A stretch of 46,756 bases of DNA from Rhodobacter sp. GTDB lineage: Bacteria > Pseudomonadota > Alphaproteobacteria > Rhodobacterales > Rhodobacteraceae. Under the pieces are notes generated by a model that worked only from the letters and a program-made list of their open reading frames with translations, did not search any database and was not told where the DNA came from. The stretch covers positions 1-46,756 of the forward strand of contig PNNE01000460.1 of NCBI GenBank assembly GCA_013824055.1. The letters are read 5' to 3'. Positions 46,142 to 46,756 of this stretch are shown here, one piece after another. The position numbers and the translations under genes were made by a program. Position 1 is the first letter of the stretch. The number at the start of each line of letters is the position of its first letter.

Positions 46142-46756
46142 CAGACCCGCGGCCCCTGGCCGTGATCGCTGTCACGCTCGGCCATCCGGCGCTTGCTGGA
46201 CGACCGGATGAACCGTGCCGCCGCGAAACCGGCAACCGCCGCCGCCGCCATGAAGGCCCCCGGATGCCGCCTGGCCAGCGTCTTGACGTCCGCCGTCAGG
46301 TCCGCGACCGACCGCTGCCGCAGCGCGTCCGAGGCGGTGTGCAGACCCTGCGCGACCGAGGTCATCACCCGCGACTTCAGCGCATCGCCGTCGCTGTCAG
46401 CCGAGGCGCGCTCCAGCGTCGCCGCCAGCCGCTCGCCGACATCGGACAGGCTTTCGCGCGCCATGTCCGCCTTTTCGACCGCGACATCCTTCACCGCCGA
46501 CAGAGTCGAACCCGCCCCGCTGACGATCGCCTCTTTCGTGTCCTGTGCCAGGTCCTGCGCCTTGCCGACGATGCTGCCCACGCGCGAACGGCCCTCGTCC
46601 ATCGCATCCGACGCCGCATCCTTCACCGAGACGGCGGTGTCGCGGACCGACCTGCCGACGTCGTCGACGGTCTGCTGCACGGTTTCCGCCGCCGTCCGGG
46701 CCGCATCCAGCGCGGATTTGCCCAAGTCCTGGGCCTTGTCCTGGGCCTTGTCCTGG
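46141..46756 (-). CDS. Nutrient-deprivation-induced (NdiA-like)/LEA-like protein, 5' end beyond the window
   Basis: The frame stays open to the window edge (QDKAQDKAQDLGKSA...). Ala/Asp/Lys-rich helical repeats and C-terminal ARRHPGAFMAAAAVAGFAAARFIRSS. Confidence 0.68.
   Translation of the reverse strand, partial: QDKAQDKAQDLGKSALDAARTAAETVQQTVDDVGRSVRDTAVSVKDAASDAMDEGRSRVGSIVGKAQDLAQDTKEAIVSGAGSTLSAVKDVAVEKADMARESLSDVGERLAATLERASADSDGDALKSRVMTSVAQGLHTASDALRQRSVADLTADVKTLARRHPGAFMAAAAVAGFAAARFIRSSSKRRMAERDSDHGQGPRV

Noticed and set aside
46727-46756. CRISPR-like repeat at the right edge
   Set aside because: A 12-bp in-frame tandem repeat without spacers, and no cas genes.

Overview
High-GC alphaproteobacterial chromosome segment. 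Gene content and order suggest Rhodobacteraceae (inference). Left to right: (1) hemJ, an AT-rich DnaA-box/IHF-bearing gap (candidate oriC), maf-aroE-coaE-dnaQ and secB; (2) an inositol/O-methyl-inositol (rhizopine moc-like) cluster: iolG, ABC transporter, TIM-barrel enzyme, LacI regulator, mocD-mocE and an internally deleted PanB-like gene; (3) a GbpR-ChvE-GguABC arabinose/galactose oxidative operon, plus a YtfQRT-YjfF galactofuranose transporter and a FadR-type regulator; (4) a GntR / DapA-like / Ser-Cys proline-racemase-family unit; (5) a three-subunit xanthine-dehydrogenase-family molybdoenzyme with a coupled MoaD-like sulfur carrier; (6) a general-stress-response locus (phyR, nepR, ecfG, five GGAAC-N16-NGTT promoters) with a CHASE-HWE kinase, a catalytically degenerate HisKA_2 kinase, a pseudo-receiver, a CxxC Crp/Fnr protein, PLD, PRC-barrel and ndiA-like stress genes. 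Four otherwise intact genes carry small frameshifts, most likely assembly errors. I saw no tRNA, rRNA, CRISPR array, transposase or integrase. All calls come from motif recognition by eye; no database search was run.
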